A stretch of DNA of 64,000 nucleotides, from NCBI GenBank assembly GCA_025201805.1, contig MU619252.1, positions 1 through 64,000 of the forward strand. The letters run 5' to 3'. The DNA is from Parasitella parasitica NRRL 2501. Its lineage: Eukaryota > Fungi > Mucoromycota. Position 1 is the stretch's first letter; each line of letters opens with the position of its first letter. A model generated the notes under the pieces. That model was not told the origin of the DNA, did no database searches, and worked only from the letters and a program-made list of their open reading frames with translations. Shown piece after piece: positions 26,389 to 40,202 of the stretch. Position numbers and translations under genes: made by a program.

Positions 26389-29300
26389 GAGCTGTTGATT
26401 TGTTTAGGGTATATCAAGTTAAAAGAAAGAAGAGGATAAAGAAGAAAAAAGGGGAAAAGAAATATATATTGTGCCTCGCTACACATCATGTACCCTAAAG
26501 AGGTAAGAATGCTTTACTTTTGGAGGGCTCAGTCCCGAAACCTCCGTTCTAATTTGCTTGTCTTCTATGTTCTGTTTGGTGATACTCTACTTGCAGAGAC
26601 AGATGGCGTATGTATCTATCTACATGTTTAAATGAGACATTTAAAACAGATTAATGGTTAGGAAAAATCATGCCATATCTCCAAAGAAGTACATAATCAG
26701 AAGCTGATATTTGCGTAATTGGTTACATTACACAGACTTTGATATATGAAAACAACGGGCAGCCATTTTGTTTCATCGTACTAAACCAGGTCTAGGTTTT
26801 TTTGTAATGAGAATTGTGAGCTGTTTTTCAAGGAGGTTTTGAAAATAAACAATCATTTTGTACAATCCCTCATAACAGTGATACAATGGGTCTCTTTGTG
26901 GTCTTTTTTTTTTTTTCCTTTCTTTTTCCAGTAATGCACAGTACTGATGGCACCTTTTTCGAAATGTTTGCTCTCAAAGATACACACCATATATGCTCAT
27001 CAACATGATTTGTTTGTTGATCATTTATGTAGCGGGAAAAAAAAAGCTTGTTTTATTAAAAGCTTCATCATATGCTGTGTACGTGGGTAGCTTCATTTGG
27101 CTATCACAATGATGATTATAGTTTTATATTTATTTTTGGTGGAACCCGTTACTGGTGAATCATTGTGTAATTTATCCTCGTGGCAAAACGTTTCTAACGT
27201 ATCCTGTCCCCTCATTTCTGAATGATTTTCAATATACATATAGCGTCGAAATAAAGCCACGTTTTACATATATAAACAGAGTGATATTAAGTATGATATT
27301 TGCAAACTGGCACTATGGTTTAGATACTAATGTGCACGCAAAATTATACTATATTCCAATATTCGCAGGACTCTACTTAGAATATCAATATAATACACAA
27401 GACTCAGGGTCGTTGCTGAGTACGAGCACAAAATCTAAAAAACAAGTGTTGACGATGATGTAAAATAAGAATATTCAGGAACCCAGAACGTTTGCAACAA
27501 ATATTTACTTTATGCATCAAAAATATCATTGAAATAAATACACATGGTACCGATTCACACACACGTACACAGGCTGGCCACTTATAATGCCCACATAAAC
27601 CCTTGACAACTCAAAAGAAGGACTACTGTTTAAATATGTATAACAGAGCAAACAATCAACACAGCGTGTTATATCCTGAAATGCCATGTACAATATTATT
27701 TGCCGACTTAAACGAAGAGCGAGATACTGTATATTTATAGGCCGTATAAGCTAATTTAGATTAAAGGTTTATTTTTAGTCTTCTCACGTTGTTTTATGGG
27801 AACTGCACCCGTGTTTTTAATTTTAACTGATTCAAGAGACAGAGCAAAAAAAAAGCCTGTTCCTGAGTTGGGTTTAAATATATTATCAAGGAATCAGTTG
27901 ATTACTTTGATCCAGAGCAGATTTAACAAATAAATAGAAAGCTCAGGAGCATGAGTCACTTAAGTTTACATGAAGTGTCATTTTGAGCTACCACATACTT
28001 GGCGCATGTGATTTTGTGCTGCTTCTTCATATCTAAGTATCAAATTTCAATGTCATAACCTACACATTAACCCGGAAAAGAAACGTTCAATCAATATTGC
28101 CCACCTTATTGATCTTCGTTCTCTATTATATCAGTGCTTCTCTTGTAATGTTGAATTGACAAATATTACCTCAAACTTAGGATTATAATTTCGAGAGATT
28201 GATATGCAATCGTTGTAACGATGATAAATCTGCGCGCGGAAAAAAATTAGTTGGAATTCCGTTGCTAAGATGGCTTGACATGCTGCACTTCGCCTCTTCT
28301 TTTGTGTACATTATCATTTTCTCTATGCGCATACATGATGGTCTCTTTAAGTAGAACATTTATTTATTTTGGGGTTTTACTGTCTCGACTCTCCCACTTT
28401 ATTTACTTACTGGACACAAAACTCACGTTGTCCATATGTACCCAGGACCTAACTCTGTACGCCGTGGTATCAAGGTCGAAACAAATTTGTAGACGGTTAA
28501 AATAACTTTTTTCGAAGCTCCTTTTTTTGTTATCTCTATATTATTCATACCAGATACCTAACATGTACATTTCTATACAAGGCCTTTATTCTATCTTTAC
28601 AAATGTGTAGGAAAATTTTTAGCTTAATGCATAATATGATACAGCTCACTTCTTCAAAAACTGGTAATAATACCCTTTATAAGCTATTAGAAGGTACACA
28701 TCTTTCCCAAGTTGAGTTTATTCTTTTGAATAATGAATAAAGGAATCTTTTTAAAATGGATCAATTCAACTTGATAACAGAACGATTTTGGATAGAATCC
28801 TTCTAGCTTGTACATACAAAAATAACTATTTGTTACTTTAATACAAAGATAACTTTTAATACACAACATCGCCCAGTGGGAATTAAGTTATGTTCAGATA
28901 GCGGTCAGTTAACAATATTAATTTTTTTCATGTTCATTACAAATAACTAGTAATTTCACAATAAGCTCGTAACACATACTAAATAAATTAAATATCTAAA
29001 GCTCATGTCGAGATAAAAGTGCAAGTCTATAGCGTCATCCATTCTAATGGTGCTATCTCCAGCCTACATTTTATGTAAAATGAATTTGCTTTTTACATCT
29101 TAATAACTGTATACAAATGTAGTCTATATCAATTTAAGGTAACGGGATGATTCCAGAAGTGGAATGCAGATCATTTTAGTGAATTTTTTTCACAATATTT
29201 TTTAAAACTGTTATTTATTTTTTAGATGAATATCATCAAAATGCCATTTAAAAACTATCTTTTTATGCTAGTATCCAGGATAAATGGTTATGGATAAGAA

Positions 29301-29722
29301 CCTAAATTATATTGGGTTATTCATCCTGGCCGTCTTAACAGCAACGATTGAGAAAGAAAGGAACAATGGCAGATTTGACGAGTGTTGCAGTTTCTTCTAT
29401 TTGTCCTTGATACTGGATTACGTATTTTTGAATCCTTACTAGCCTGATCTTGATGATTTTGATCTTTGTAGAATATTTTTGGATGATTTGAAGTTCATAA
29501 TATTTACGGAGATTCTTTTTATGAGATAGCTCAGTTTATACTGATCTATAACACTTATGCCACGATCTATGCTTCAGATGTGTAACCCAGTTTCCAGGTA
29601 CACACTACAAGACATATACTTCTATCCATGATACTAGCTACATATCCACTATGTATTACAGACTTGTGCAATATGTGCATGCTATAGATATGCTCATAAC
29701 ATGCTGCATATACAGATCACGC

Positions 29723-30030
29723 TGATGTGTCAATTTCCCAACCGGAAGTCAAACTCAAGTAAACTCAATCCTGAACACAATTCAGGAACATATCCCAATG
29801 GATCATGTTCCTTATTTATAACTCAACATGACATGTTCATGGACAATAGATACAATCTATCGTTCCATTCTCTAAATCACACCATGTCTCACACTTGTAT
29901 CTTATCCTCCCATCAGTCCACTTAGATTCACTAGTATATAAACCATCATTTTTTCCATGTAATAAACGAAGTCTTTACCTGATTAATTCACAACCGTTTT
30001 ATTTGAATAATTTCTCATTCTGATAAATCA
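29723..30030 (+). mobile_element. Solo LTR, family A, copy 2
   Basis: TGAT...ATCA termini flanked by CACGC/CATGC (5-bp TSD with one C>T change). Near-identical to 1845-2155. Confidence 0.8.
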
Positions 30031-30121
30031 CATGCTAAGATAAATACCAAGTGATATATTCAGACATGCACTATTAATATAGACTAAACAAGAACACAGC
30101 AAAATAAACACAATTCAGCGA

Positions 30122-30437
30122 GGAATAGAGTGTATAAATGCTTTGTTTGGTTTTGTAATTCCCATTCAAGTTTCGAATTTTTGAGAAGTCAGCGTTGAAT
30201 CAAGTATATCTCATTTTCAAAAACTAGTTAAAAATATATGGAAGCTTCAGAAAACTATAAAAAAAATATGTGCGTATGCAACAAAGCGTGAAAAAATGGT
30301 CATGTATTTTGATTTGAAATAAGAGCTCTTTCAACAGAGTAAATCATGTTGAAAGTCGGGCGAAATAGCTTGAATCAACCAAATTAGGAGATTCGAAATC
30401 CAAAAAAGGCGATTTTTTAAGCTGTACACTCCGTTCT
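30122..30437. mobile_element. Possible degenerate MITE
   Basis: Loose inverted similarity between GGAATAGAGTGTA...TTTCGAAT...GTTGAATCAAG and CTTGAATCAAC...ATTCGAAA...TACACTCCGTTC. Confidence 0.3.
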
Positions 30438-30944
30438 AATTAATAATATGTTAAGACTATAATAGAAATGGTATTCGCTTAAGGATCAATATTAACTGAT
30501 CATGGTATTTCGGATATGGTCTATCTACGTACTCAGGTAGATCTAAGTTATATAAAGTCTACTGAGATATCGTTTAGTACGACAACACAAATGCTTATTA
30601 CTCAGAATTGTCATGCGAAATTTATTTATGATAGTAGAACGTTTATCCATAGCTTAAAGTATAAGGTTCATTTACCTGACCAATAGACGAGCTGAAGCTT
30701 TATACACCTGTCGATTTGATAATAAATACTATACCTCCATCAAGTTGACACTAATTGATTTTGTGTTTTAATTTTTTTCAGCAAATATGTCTAACAACAT
30801 CCTAATTAATTCTACAAATTTTTCAGAAGATTTAAATAGAAATTAGTTTGGTAAAGATCTGTTTATTATATTCAAAACATAAATTTATATACTTTTCAAA
30901 AACCTAGGGAAATGATGCGAAAGAATAAAATCTGAAGTAATGAT

Positions 30945-31230
30945 TGATGTATCAGAATTTGAGTAATTATTCAAATAAAACGGTTGTGAATTAATCAGGT
31001 AAAGATCTCGTTTATTACATGGAAAAAATGATGGTTTATATACTAGTGAATTTAAGAGGGTTGATGGGAGATATAAGATGTAAGTGCCAGAAGACATGGT
31101 GTAATTTAGAGAATGAAACGATACATTTTGTATCTATATGTCCATGAACATGTCATGCTGAGTTATAAATTTGGAACATGGTCCATTCGGATATGTTCCT
31201 AGATAGTCTTCACACGATTGAGTTTCTTGA
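30945..31230 (-). repeat. Solo-LTR-like repeat, family A, copy 3 (older, inverted, 5'-truncated)
   Basis: Its reverse complement aligns to 1875-2155 and 29755-30030 with many substitutions. Confidence 0.75.
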
Positions 31231-32004
31231 TCATGAATACCAGATATTTGCTCATAACTTGTGCTAAAATAACCGTAGAACCGAGATCTAACTTGGAAAA
31301 CTTAGCGTTGACTTGACGCTATTTGAAAACAACATTGGCTTTTATGTTTTCATTGATATCCATAAAGTTATCAGATGATATCCCAAATTTACATACCAGA
31401 ATTGCATATAATCGATGATAGGCTTCGATAAAGACCAAAATAAACAATGTCTTATGCGCCATAAGAACAGTCATGATCATCGCTATCTGAGCATAGCTTA
31501 GGTTCCACTGGGCGATGTCTCTATCAAAAGTTATCTGCGATAAACGTTTTTTTGGTTTTGGTAGCGGAGTTTGAAATAATATGATCACGTGATTGTTTTT
31601 TCTGTTGTAGAATTTGATGAGACAAGCAAAAAGTAATGGCTTTACTGATTGAATATAATTGTTCTTCATAAACAACTTAATGCAAGTATTTATTTCTTGC
31701 TAAGACAAGGAAGTAGACAATGTATATCCCAATTTTATTGAAGCGCTTTTACTGAATTTGGTATCAAAAAATTGACAGAAAATGCGTATGCATTATTGTT
31801 GAGATTTGTAAGATGGAAAATAAAAAAACTATAAAATAACACAATGTATAAACGATACACGAGAACTTGAGATTACTTTATTGATGATTTAATTTTGCAT
31901 CTGCTATTTATACTTTTTACAAGTTTTGGTGCCTTGAAAAAATACTAATCGATAAGAGTAATTTATACACTAATATCATCCTTAACAGGGAGCGTTGTAT
32001 TATT

Positions 32005-32185
32005 ATACTACAAGGCTATTCATCTTTGATCTGACAGTATCTTAATGCCTATCAATCACACAGATCTGTGATACAGATAACCTTGATTTGAAAGAGACAT
32101 TATTCTTCTGTTTCGACGAGTATAACATCACAATGTTGGACAATCTCCAATCTTCAATTGAAGCACATTATTATGATCTCCTATC
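32005..32185 (-). repeat. Family B repeat fragment, inverted
   Basis: Reverse complement GATAGGAGATCATAATAATGTGCTTCAATTGAAGATTGGAGATTGTCCAA... matches 2166 onward. Confidence 0.6.
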
Positions 32186-32880
32186 TTAAATTTATGGCAG
32201 ATCAATTCTTGTATTTCCTGTGATCACTTGGACAACTCATAATCCAAATTTCGTTTATACAAAGATATTTTTTACATTTTTACAACGGCTATTTATTATT
32301 TGAATTTATGATTTTCAAGTTCAATCGTTGGCTATTACCAGTACGCTCAACGTTAACTCACACCAATTCCATTGCAATTTGACAAATTGATCAATACATT
32401 CTATCACTGTCTACATGACACTACATCATGATAAAGGAATTGAAGTCTATACTTTTTTTCGTTTTTACGACCGTTAATTACCTTGTCAAGATTAGTTTAA
32501 ACTTAATAGTACGAGATCTGATTTGACTCTTCCAGCAGTTAAAAACTATATTCAAATGCTGGATCGTGAAACGTGAAACAGCCTCCTCAGCATCTTTTGT
32601 AGTCGAAAATACGTTCCAAGCACTTCTGTACTAGCAGTTTTAACGATTTGTAATGTGATTTTCAATTTATCGAAGGCAGTCTGGGTCTTGCGCTCGTCAT
32701 CTTGCGTCTAGAATGCTTATCCTGAACACTCGAAAAGATTTTTTTTAGAGTGATGACAGTCAAAAATTATTAGTTTTTATTGGGTATGTAATCCATTTAG
32801 CTTGCTACAATATTTTTTTTTCATTATCATTTCCTCTTCTCTTTTCTTTTGCTAAATTATATTTATTCTAGAGATTAATC

Positions 32881-34404
32881 ATGGATGCTCAACAATCATG
32901 TAAATAAACCAGTGCTAAAAAAGAAATACGTTAGGAGACGTTATTAACAAAATTGTTATAGCTTCCGGCGTAGACATTAAAAATAAGAATGGCAATCTTA
33001 CTGCCCCTACACCTCAAAACACACCAATTAACCCTGCTCCCATTACTTCAAATTATCGTCCCTCTATTCCCGCTATTTCAGAGGATATGGAAACCATTAC
33101 AACCAAAGGTATTTTTTTATAATGAGAACTCTTATATTTTCACTATTAAAACGCGATTGTATTTTGAAATGACTAGGCGCAGCCGACAATTCTGCTTCTG
33201 CTTCGGCCATCGCCGGCGCCTTTACAGGTAATCCAGCTCTTTTGACCATGCTTCAAGGTAAATTAGGTACTTTGGTTGGTCGCTCTTCTGGCTACATTGA
33301 GCAATTGCCCAAATCTGTTAAGCGTCGTCTCAACGGCCTTAAGTATCTTCAATCCAAACATGCCGAACTTGAAAACAAGTTTCAAGAAGAAGTTTTGGCT
33401 TTGGAAAAGAAATACCTTCAGCTGTATCAGCCTTTGTATGATAAGCGTGCCCAGGTAATTAACGGCACTTACGAGCCTACAGATGAAGAAGTCGCTTTGG
33501 GTGAAAAGGTCGACGAGGAAGAGGAGGAGGAAAAGGAAAATCAAGATATTGAAGAAAAAGAGGAGAAAGAAACACAATCATCGGATGCTGATCAAAAGGG
33601 TATTCCTGAATTCTGGTTAACTCTTTTAAAGAACCACCCTCAAATTGTTGAAACAATTACTGCAGAAGATGAAGGTGCCTTGAAACATTTGGTCGATGTT
33701 CGTATGTCTTATATGGAAAAACCTGGCTTCAAACTTGATTTCGAATTCTCTGAAAACGATTACTTTACAAACAAAGTACTCTCAAAGACTTATTATTACC
33801 AAGATCATGCTTATGGTGGTGATTTCGTTTATGACCACGCCGAGGGTTGCACTGTCAATTGGAAAGAAGGTAGAGATTTAACTGTTACTGTTGAAACAAA
33901 GAAGCAGCGCCATAAGGGCACCAACAAGACCCGTGTTGTCAAGCGCACTGTCCCATCAAATTCCTTCTTTTATTTCTTCAGTCCACCTGCTATTCCTGAT
34001 GAAGAAGAAGAAATTGACGAGGAAGAGGCTGAAGGCCTAGATGCTAAGCTTGAAGCTGATTACGAAATGGGTGAGGAGTTCAAGGATAAGATTATCCCTC
34101 ATGCTGTAGACTACTTTACCGGTAAAGCACTTCAATATGAAGATTTCGAAGATGAGGAAGATTTTGATGTAAGTTTATATTCTTGCTCTTCATTATCACA
34201 ATACTTATTCGTCTTAAATAGGATGAATACTATGAAGATGAGGATCAGGACGAAGATGATGACGATGACGATGATGAAGATGATGATAACGATGATGATT
34301 CTGCTGTAAGTTGAGTACCCTTCACTCTGACAACATTATATTCATTCATTTTTTCGCTATAGCCTGCCAAGGGTGAAAACGCTCCTGAGTGCAAGCAATC
34401 TTGA
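32881..34404 (+). CDS. NAP1: Nucleosome assembly protein 1; multi-exon
   Basis: LGTLVGRSSGYIE, KGIPEFWLT, DHAEGCTVNWK, SFFYFFSPP, KIIPHAVDYFTG, acidic tail and C-terminal CKQS*. Confidence 0.96.
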
Positions 34405-35107
34405 TCTCCAAAATCCACAAATCATCTTTATACATTATAAAACCAACACACTCTAATAAAATTCAATCATTAATCAAGCTTTAGGAACACTTTTTGTTTG
34501 TTTGTACACTTCGAGTCTAGATGTTGTACTAAGGAAACAAACCAGAATTCCTAGAGCTTGAAATGTACACATTAGCCACATAAATGAGTCGCAGTAAGAA
34601 AATTGCCTTCTTAAAACAAACTTATTTATATAGCATGATATAGTCGATATGCCAGAAGATAATTTTCGTAAATTAGTGGATTACATCTACTTTAGCTTAC
34701 CTCTTTACCATACCTTGAAGGACAAGATTATTTATTCTCAATATTAAATGTAACCAAACTGTATCACATGTTTTTTTTTTTACGCATTACAGTACTTGAA
34801 TTCTCAATCATTATCCGAAAGTTTCAAAGCCTCGTCCAGGTCAATTGCTTTGACAAAAGGTGTTCATCACACTGAGTTCACAGGCGACACATTAGACATT
34901 AAGATTGCATTTTTCAACATGGAGGTCATAGAGGCATAGATAAGGGCTCTATTCGTAATACTGGCTGTGTTGATCCCGTGATAATAGAAAGAGATTACAT
35001 GACAGTAAAATTTCTCCCTTTTATTCACCTGAGTTTTGTATCATGTAATTTTTGAACGACAGAGTGAACCAAGCGGAAGCTTTACTTAAAAGGTCATATA
35101 GAATGTA

Positions 35108-36741
35108 CTGTGCTTCCACTCCCACTTTCCCACTTTTGTGAAAATGCCGCCCACTTTTTTGAGGTCAAATTGCCCAGAAAAATGAGACTAATTTGGCCCC
35201 ACTTTTCAGAAATAATTTGGCCATTTATCAAAACTATTTCAAAGGCTCTTTATTCAAACATATAGGGAATATGTTAATTGAATGTTGAATGAAGTTTTGT
35301 TTTTGCTCTAAAGGAATATTTTCGCTGCCTTCAATTATTCTCAAAGTCAGGGATTCCGTTGCTGTTAAGAGAGTTCTTTTAACATGCTCTTTCAGCACTT
35401 TCCAGAACATCTCGATAGGGTTAAGTTTAGGTGAATAAGGTGGAAGATACACTGGTATATAGCCTCTTCCTAAGATAATGGAGTCGATGGCTTTTGGTAT
35501 ATGAATAGGAGCATTGTCCATCACAATATGATATCCTTTCATTTCGGGGTGTTCGTCCATAATATCCAAGGCGTCGCTGATGAATTGTGCATAGTGGCCA
35601 GCTGTAGTTCCTTTTGGAATAGCAGAAGCAGCAGAATCTCCTGGTTCCTTTCGTTTTCTAGCACCAACAACTTTCCTCTTCTTGACATTGCCCGGCTCTC
35701 TCAAACTTACGTTTATCACACCAGCTGCAGAAATTGCCCCAATCACTGTATGCGATACGCCTCTTGCAGACGGCGATTCCACAATTGCGGGCTTACCTCG
35801 CGTTGACCAACATCTTGTTCGACGCATGTTTATATCAAACCCTGTTTCATCCAGGAAAACACAATTCTGCATGTAGAGCAAACCCTTTTGTAACCATTCT
35901 TCGACCCACTTTGCACGAGCTTCAATAGTCGTTGGGCTATTTCTAGCTTTGGGGTGGCGGGTGATAACCTTTATACTGAGATTACAATCTTCCTTCATGA
36001 ATTCAGCGACCCTACTTTTCTTGATCTCCAATCCTTCGAAACTTTTTGTAAGGTTTTCGACTGCGTCCAGAATGACAGCTGTGGGATTTTCATCGAAGAA
36101 GTCAACTAAGTACGCTTTGTGCTGCTCATTTAAACGACTTGGAAGGGGATTAGATGTTCGAGTTGTTTTTTTTTTGAAAGGAATTCTATTCTCGGGGTCG
36201 TTCTCGTATGCTCTCTTCCATTTTCTCGCAGTTTCTGGATTGACGTTTGCAAGTCGCGCAGCTTCAGATGACTTCAGTAGATGTTCATGTATAAAATAAA
36301 AGTAACGTCGTCGACCTTCGTCTGAATATGTGTTGTAAGTTGATATTCTCTCTTTCTTTGGTGGTGCCTCCTGCATATCGTTGTCTTTGGGCTCATCATC
36401 GACAACTACTTTTTTGTGTTTGATATACTTCTGCAGGTTTGTCAGATTTGTTAATCGAAAGGATGGCTCCACAACAAACGCTGTTGCTTCTTTGCCAGAT
36501 TCGTCTACAATTCTACCTTTGCCATCCTCTTGAAAGAAACTCATTTCAGTGTTGAATTATTGTACTGATAAAACTTTAAGAGGTCAAATTACTTCTGAAA
36601 AGTGGGCAAATTGTTTTCAAAAAACTGGGCAAATTAGTCTCTCATTTTTCTGGGCAATTTGACCTCACACAAATGTTCAAATTTATTCAAAAAAGTGGGC
36701 GGCATTTTCACAAAAGTGGGTAAGTGGGAGTGGAAGCACAG
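35108..36741 (-). mobile_element. Tc1/mariner (IS630-Tc1) DNA transposon, apparently full length
   Basis: TIRs CTGTGCTTCCACTCCCACTT... at 35108 and the reverse complement ending at 36741. TA on both sides (35106-7, 36742-3). Internal transposase ORF. Confidence 0.95.
35234..36544 (-). CDS. DD34E (DDE_3) transposase, 436 aa
   Basis: HTH region (AARLANVNPETARKW), VFLDETGF, IVMDNAPIH and LPPYSPKLNPIEMFW, with 34 residues between the second D and the E. Confidence 0.95.
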   Translation of the reverse strand: MSFFQEDGKGRIVDESGKEATAFVVEPSFRLTNLTNLQKYIKHKKVVVDDEPKDNDMQEAPPKKERISTYNTYSDEGRRRYFYFIHEHLLKSSEAARLANVNPETARKWKRAYENDPENRIPFKKKTTRTSNPLPSRLNEQHKAYLVDFFDENPTAVILDAVENLTKSFEGLEIKKSRVAEFMKEDCNLSIKVITRHPKARNSPTTIEARAKWVEEWLQKGLLYMQNCVFLDETGFDINMRRTRCWSTRGKPAIVESPSARGVSHTVIGAISAAGVINVSLREPGNVKKRKVVGARKRKEPGDSAASAIPKGTTAGHYAQFISDALDIMDEHPEMKGYHIVMDNAPIHIPKAIDSIILGRGYIPVYLPPYSPKLNPIEMFWKVLKEHVKRTLLTATESLTLRIIEGSENIPLEQKQNFIQHSINIFPICLNKEPLK

Positions 36742-37039
36742 TAACTATCGAATATTATCTAGCATCCATCCGTGTTTCCAAAAATATTTTTCGAAAAGAG
36801 AGATAGTTTTCTCTCAAGCATGTAGTCGAAAAAGTGGGACCTATATTCCGAATGTTTGATAATTAAATGGAAGCACTGGATTATCTATTATTGTGTGTAT
36901 ATTATATGTATATACATGTATATATACAAATATCTACTTGAACCAAAAATTTTAAGTTTTAGGTTATTTTTGTAAGAGGTTAAGACGTTATGTGTGTGTA
37001 AATCTATCTGCAATGGTTTCAGAGATTAGTTGTTGATAT

Positions 37040-38593
37040 TCAAGCTGACTTAGAGTACTTGTTTCGGTTGCGAAGACCGCGTTTACTAAGGAACAAATGA
37101 AGAACGAGCAGCACGATAGACACAACATGCGCATACCAATAAACACTATTATGGGCTTGAACGCTTCTTGAAAATGTCAATAAATCAAAACCAACCATAG
37201 CATAAGCAAGGCAAGTATTAGCTGTCATCCAAGCAATGAGCTCCCAGCAATAGAACAAGTACTTGCTGTGATCAATCAAGGGCTTGACAATTGGTGTATA
37301 TAACCTTTTGCGAAGGATTCGCTCAATAAAAATAAATGAAAACTCCAAAAAGAAAGTTTCAAAGTAGCCAAAATGAAAGCCATGCCAGATGGCGAGGAAG
37401 GTAAGAGCACCAATTTGTGACAAATCTTTGTTTTCCAAGAAGCGAAGTCTCTTGAAGACATACTGCTTGACCCACAAGTTAGTATTGATGTTAAACGTAG
37501 GAATCAATTGTTCAACGGAGGTCATCAATTCAAATTCCAGAGGTTTGGAATTGGCAAGGCCCGAGAAACTGAGCTCGGCTGCTGTGGTTCCATTTTTTTG
37601 AAACGTAATGCCAAAACATGTACTTGCACCTATATATTTACATTTTGAATATATTATATACGTACATCAATGTCTTGTATATTATAATACAGCAATGATG
37701 GTAATGGTGATATATGTGTATATACCTTCTGTAAGTAACCATACACCAATATACTTTACAAAGACCATTTTTCCACACAGCCAGAAATCGACGTTTCGCT
37801 GCAATAAGGGTTTTGCGGCGTATTCCTTAGTGAGAATATAGGAGGTAGGATAATATGCGCATACTGTCTGGAGGACAATGATATAAGTAATACCAATAGA
37901 CAAACATCGAATTATGTAAGCCAGTTGGATCTTTTCAACATGCTTCGTATCCCTGATTTCTTCGCCATTGTAAGGACCGGACAAAAATCGGCTATAAAGC
38001 GAAAAAGAAAATTGCGGGCCGATGAGAAAAGCTGAAGGAAAATAGCAATACGCTAAAAACTCGCACCATTCTGGCAAGGATTGCAAAGGGCAATCAGAAG
38101 CAAATGAGTGAGGTCCCGTCAATTTTTCTCCTTGCTCCTTTCTGAGGTTACCACCATCCATATAATCCATGCTGAATCCTATGAGGCGTAAACACAAAAC
38201 ACATTGAGATGTAGTCCAACTGATATCGTACTCTTCTGAAGCGGTAAAGTAATAGCCCAGCAAAAGGTAAACGAAATTGAATAACCAAACGGCGGTGGTA
38301 CCAGCACGACGATTATGAAATCGATTACCTAGGTAACAGAGGCAATAACTAGTTGCTATGGTAATGAGTGAATGGAATAGATTAAAACCAGAAAAAAAGA
38401 GTGCCAAAGCTAAGCCTGTGCCTAAAATGTACATGTTTCGAGCTTGTCTGTTGGCATTGGGGTTTTGAATGACATATAGCTGATGGTATTGATAGCCAAT
38501 GGGATATGCAGCAATTAATGTTAAGAAGAGTCGAACGTTAGGCTCGGGTACGCCTACTAGCCAGGATATTAGCTCCGTAATAATGTTGTACAT
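37040..38593 (-). CDS. ALE1: MBOAT lysophospholipid acyltransferase (Ale1/LPCAT-like); 2 exons
   Basis: Multiple TM segments, YCYFPSAFLIGPQF, FNINTNLWVKQYVFKRLRFL and AIWHGFHFGY (catalytic His). Intron at ~37630-37727. Confidence 0.88.
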
Positions 38594-39057
38594 TTGATAA
38601 TCTGCAGAGATGAAAGAGAGAGAAGAAGCTCAAATGTGGCATGTCACATATCTGATCTTCTTTTGTCTGTGTTCAGTTGGCTCTGGTTGTTGAAAAGGTC
38701 ACATTTTCGATATCATTTAATTTAAACAGCTTACTTTGTTATGAATCACTACAATTTCTCTTCTGTAGTTTATTGTTTTGTAGACTATTTGTAGACGACA
38801 ACTTTAATGCTTGATCTGATCGTGTAACAATGCTTCCAATAGCCTCATTTTCGATGCTGAATCGTTGGTTCCCTTGATGACGTCCTTGACCAATACCTGA
38901 AGCATTTAAGGTCCTCCAAACACTCGCACATCAAAGAAAAAAAAAAGTTGAAAGGTGCGTATTTGTATATCAAACGCTTTCTCGTATTTTCTTCCATTCT
39001 TTTGTTTCAAAGGCTTTGAAAAGTTCTATATAAAAACATAATAATCGCTTGAGCAAA

Positions 39058-39988
39058 ATGTCTGAATCTGAAGTCTACTGTCCAAACTATGCTCCCTTTT
39101 TTGGGTTCGCCGGTGTATTTTGCGCTGTAAAGTATCTACACATTTGATATATATCACGTTTAGAAGCAAAAGAAGAAATCGAGATGGGAAAACTAACTAT
39201 TTATGAACTATTTTTTATGGATTTCTAGATGGCATTTAGTAGTAAGTCCTCACATCATAACCACTTTTATAAAAATACGTGTACTCAAGTTTGAAACGAT
39301 TACCCTCCTTTATTATCATAGCTATTGGTGCTGCTTATGGTACCTCGAAGGCCGGTATTGGTATTGCAGGTATTGGTTCCTTCAAGCCTGAGTTGGTTAT
39401 GAAGGTAAGAAACTATTCACTCATTGCAAAATAATGCATTATACTAATCAAATCTCGTCGCGACCTCTTGATTTTTTAATATAGTCATTGATTCCGGTTG
39501 TCATGAGTGGTATCATTGCCGTTTACGGTTTGGTTGTTGCAGTACTCTTAGCTGGTCAATGTAAGTATTGTCAAGTTGAGCATCAAGCATGTATCTGATG
39601 GAATGTTGTATTATAGTATCACCTACAGCTGGATACTCGTTATTCTCGTAAGTACTTCTTTTCTTTTTTGTTTCCAGACATTTGGTCTTACAATTATTAT
39701 TAGTGGTTTTATTGCCTTGGCTGCAGGTTTATCTGTTGGTATGGGTGGTTTAGCTGCTGGTTATGCCATTGGTATCGTTGGTGATTATGTATGTTAATTT
39801 TATCTTTTATTCGCAGTATATGAAAACCTAATCCAATTATGTAGTGTGTTCGTGGATATGTTAGAGAAAGCCGTTTGTTTGTTACCATGGTTTTGATTTT
39901 GATTTTTGCTGAAGTTCTTGGCCTTTATGGTTTGATCGTTGCACTTATTTTAAATGCCAAAGCTGACAACGGTGCTTGTTCTGCTTAA
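39058..39988 (+). CDS. VMA11: V-ATPase V0 proteolipid subunit c'; many small exons
   Basis: [51 protein letters not shown] and [20 protein letters not shown]. The GIG.FKPEL..KSL pattern fits c' better than c. Confidence 0.88.
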
Positions 39989-40202
39989 ATAGCATATAAA
40001 CATTTTAAAAAAGGCTCATGGAGATCATTTAATGTATATAATCGTTGATACACGGCTCTTTTTTTTTAAACAAAAATCCACATACAAGAAACGAAGAAGA
40101 GGACAAGACACAATAAACTACTTTTTGATACCATGAATGCTAAAATCAGTTTATTATTGGGGCAAACTTGGTAAATGTATGTGTAATATGACGTCTAAAA
40201 AT

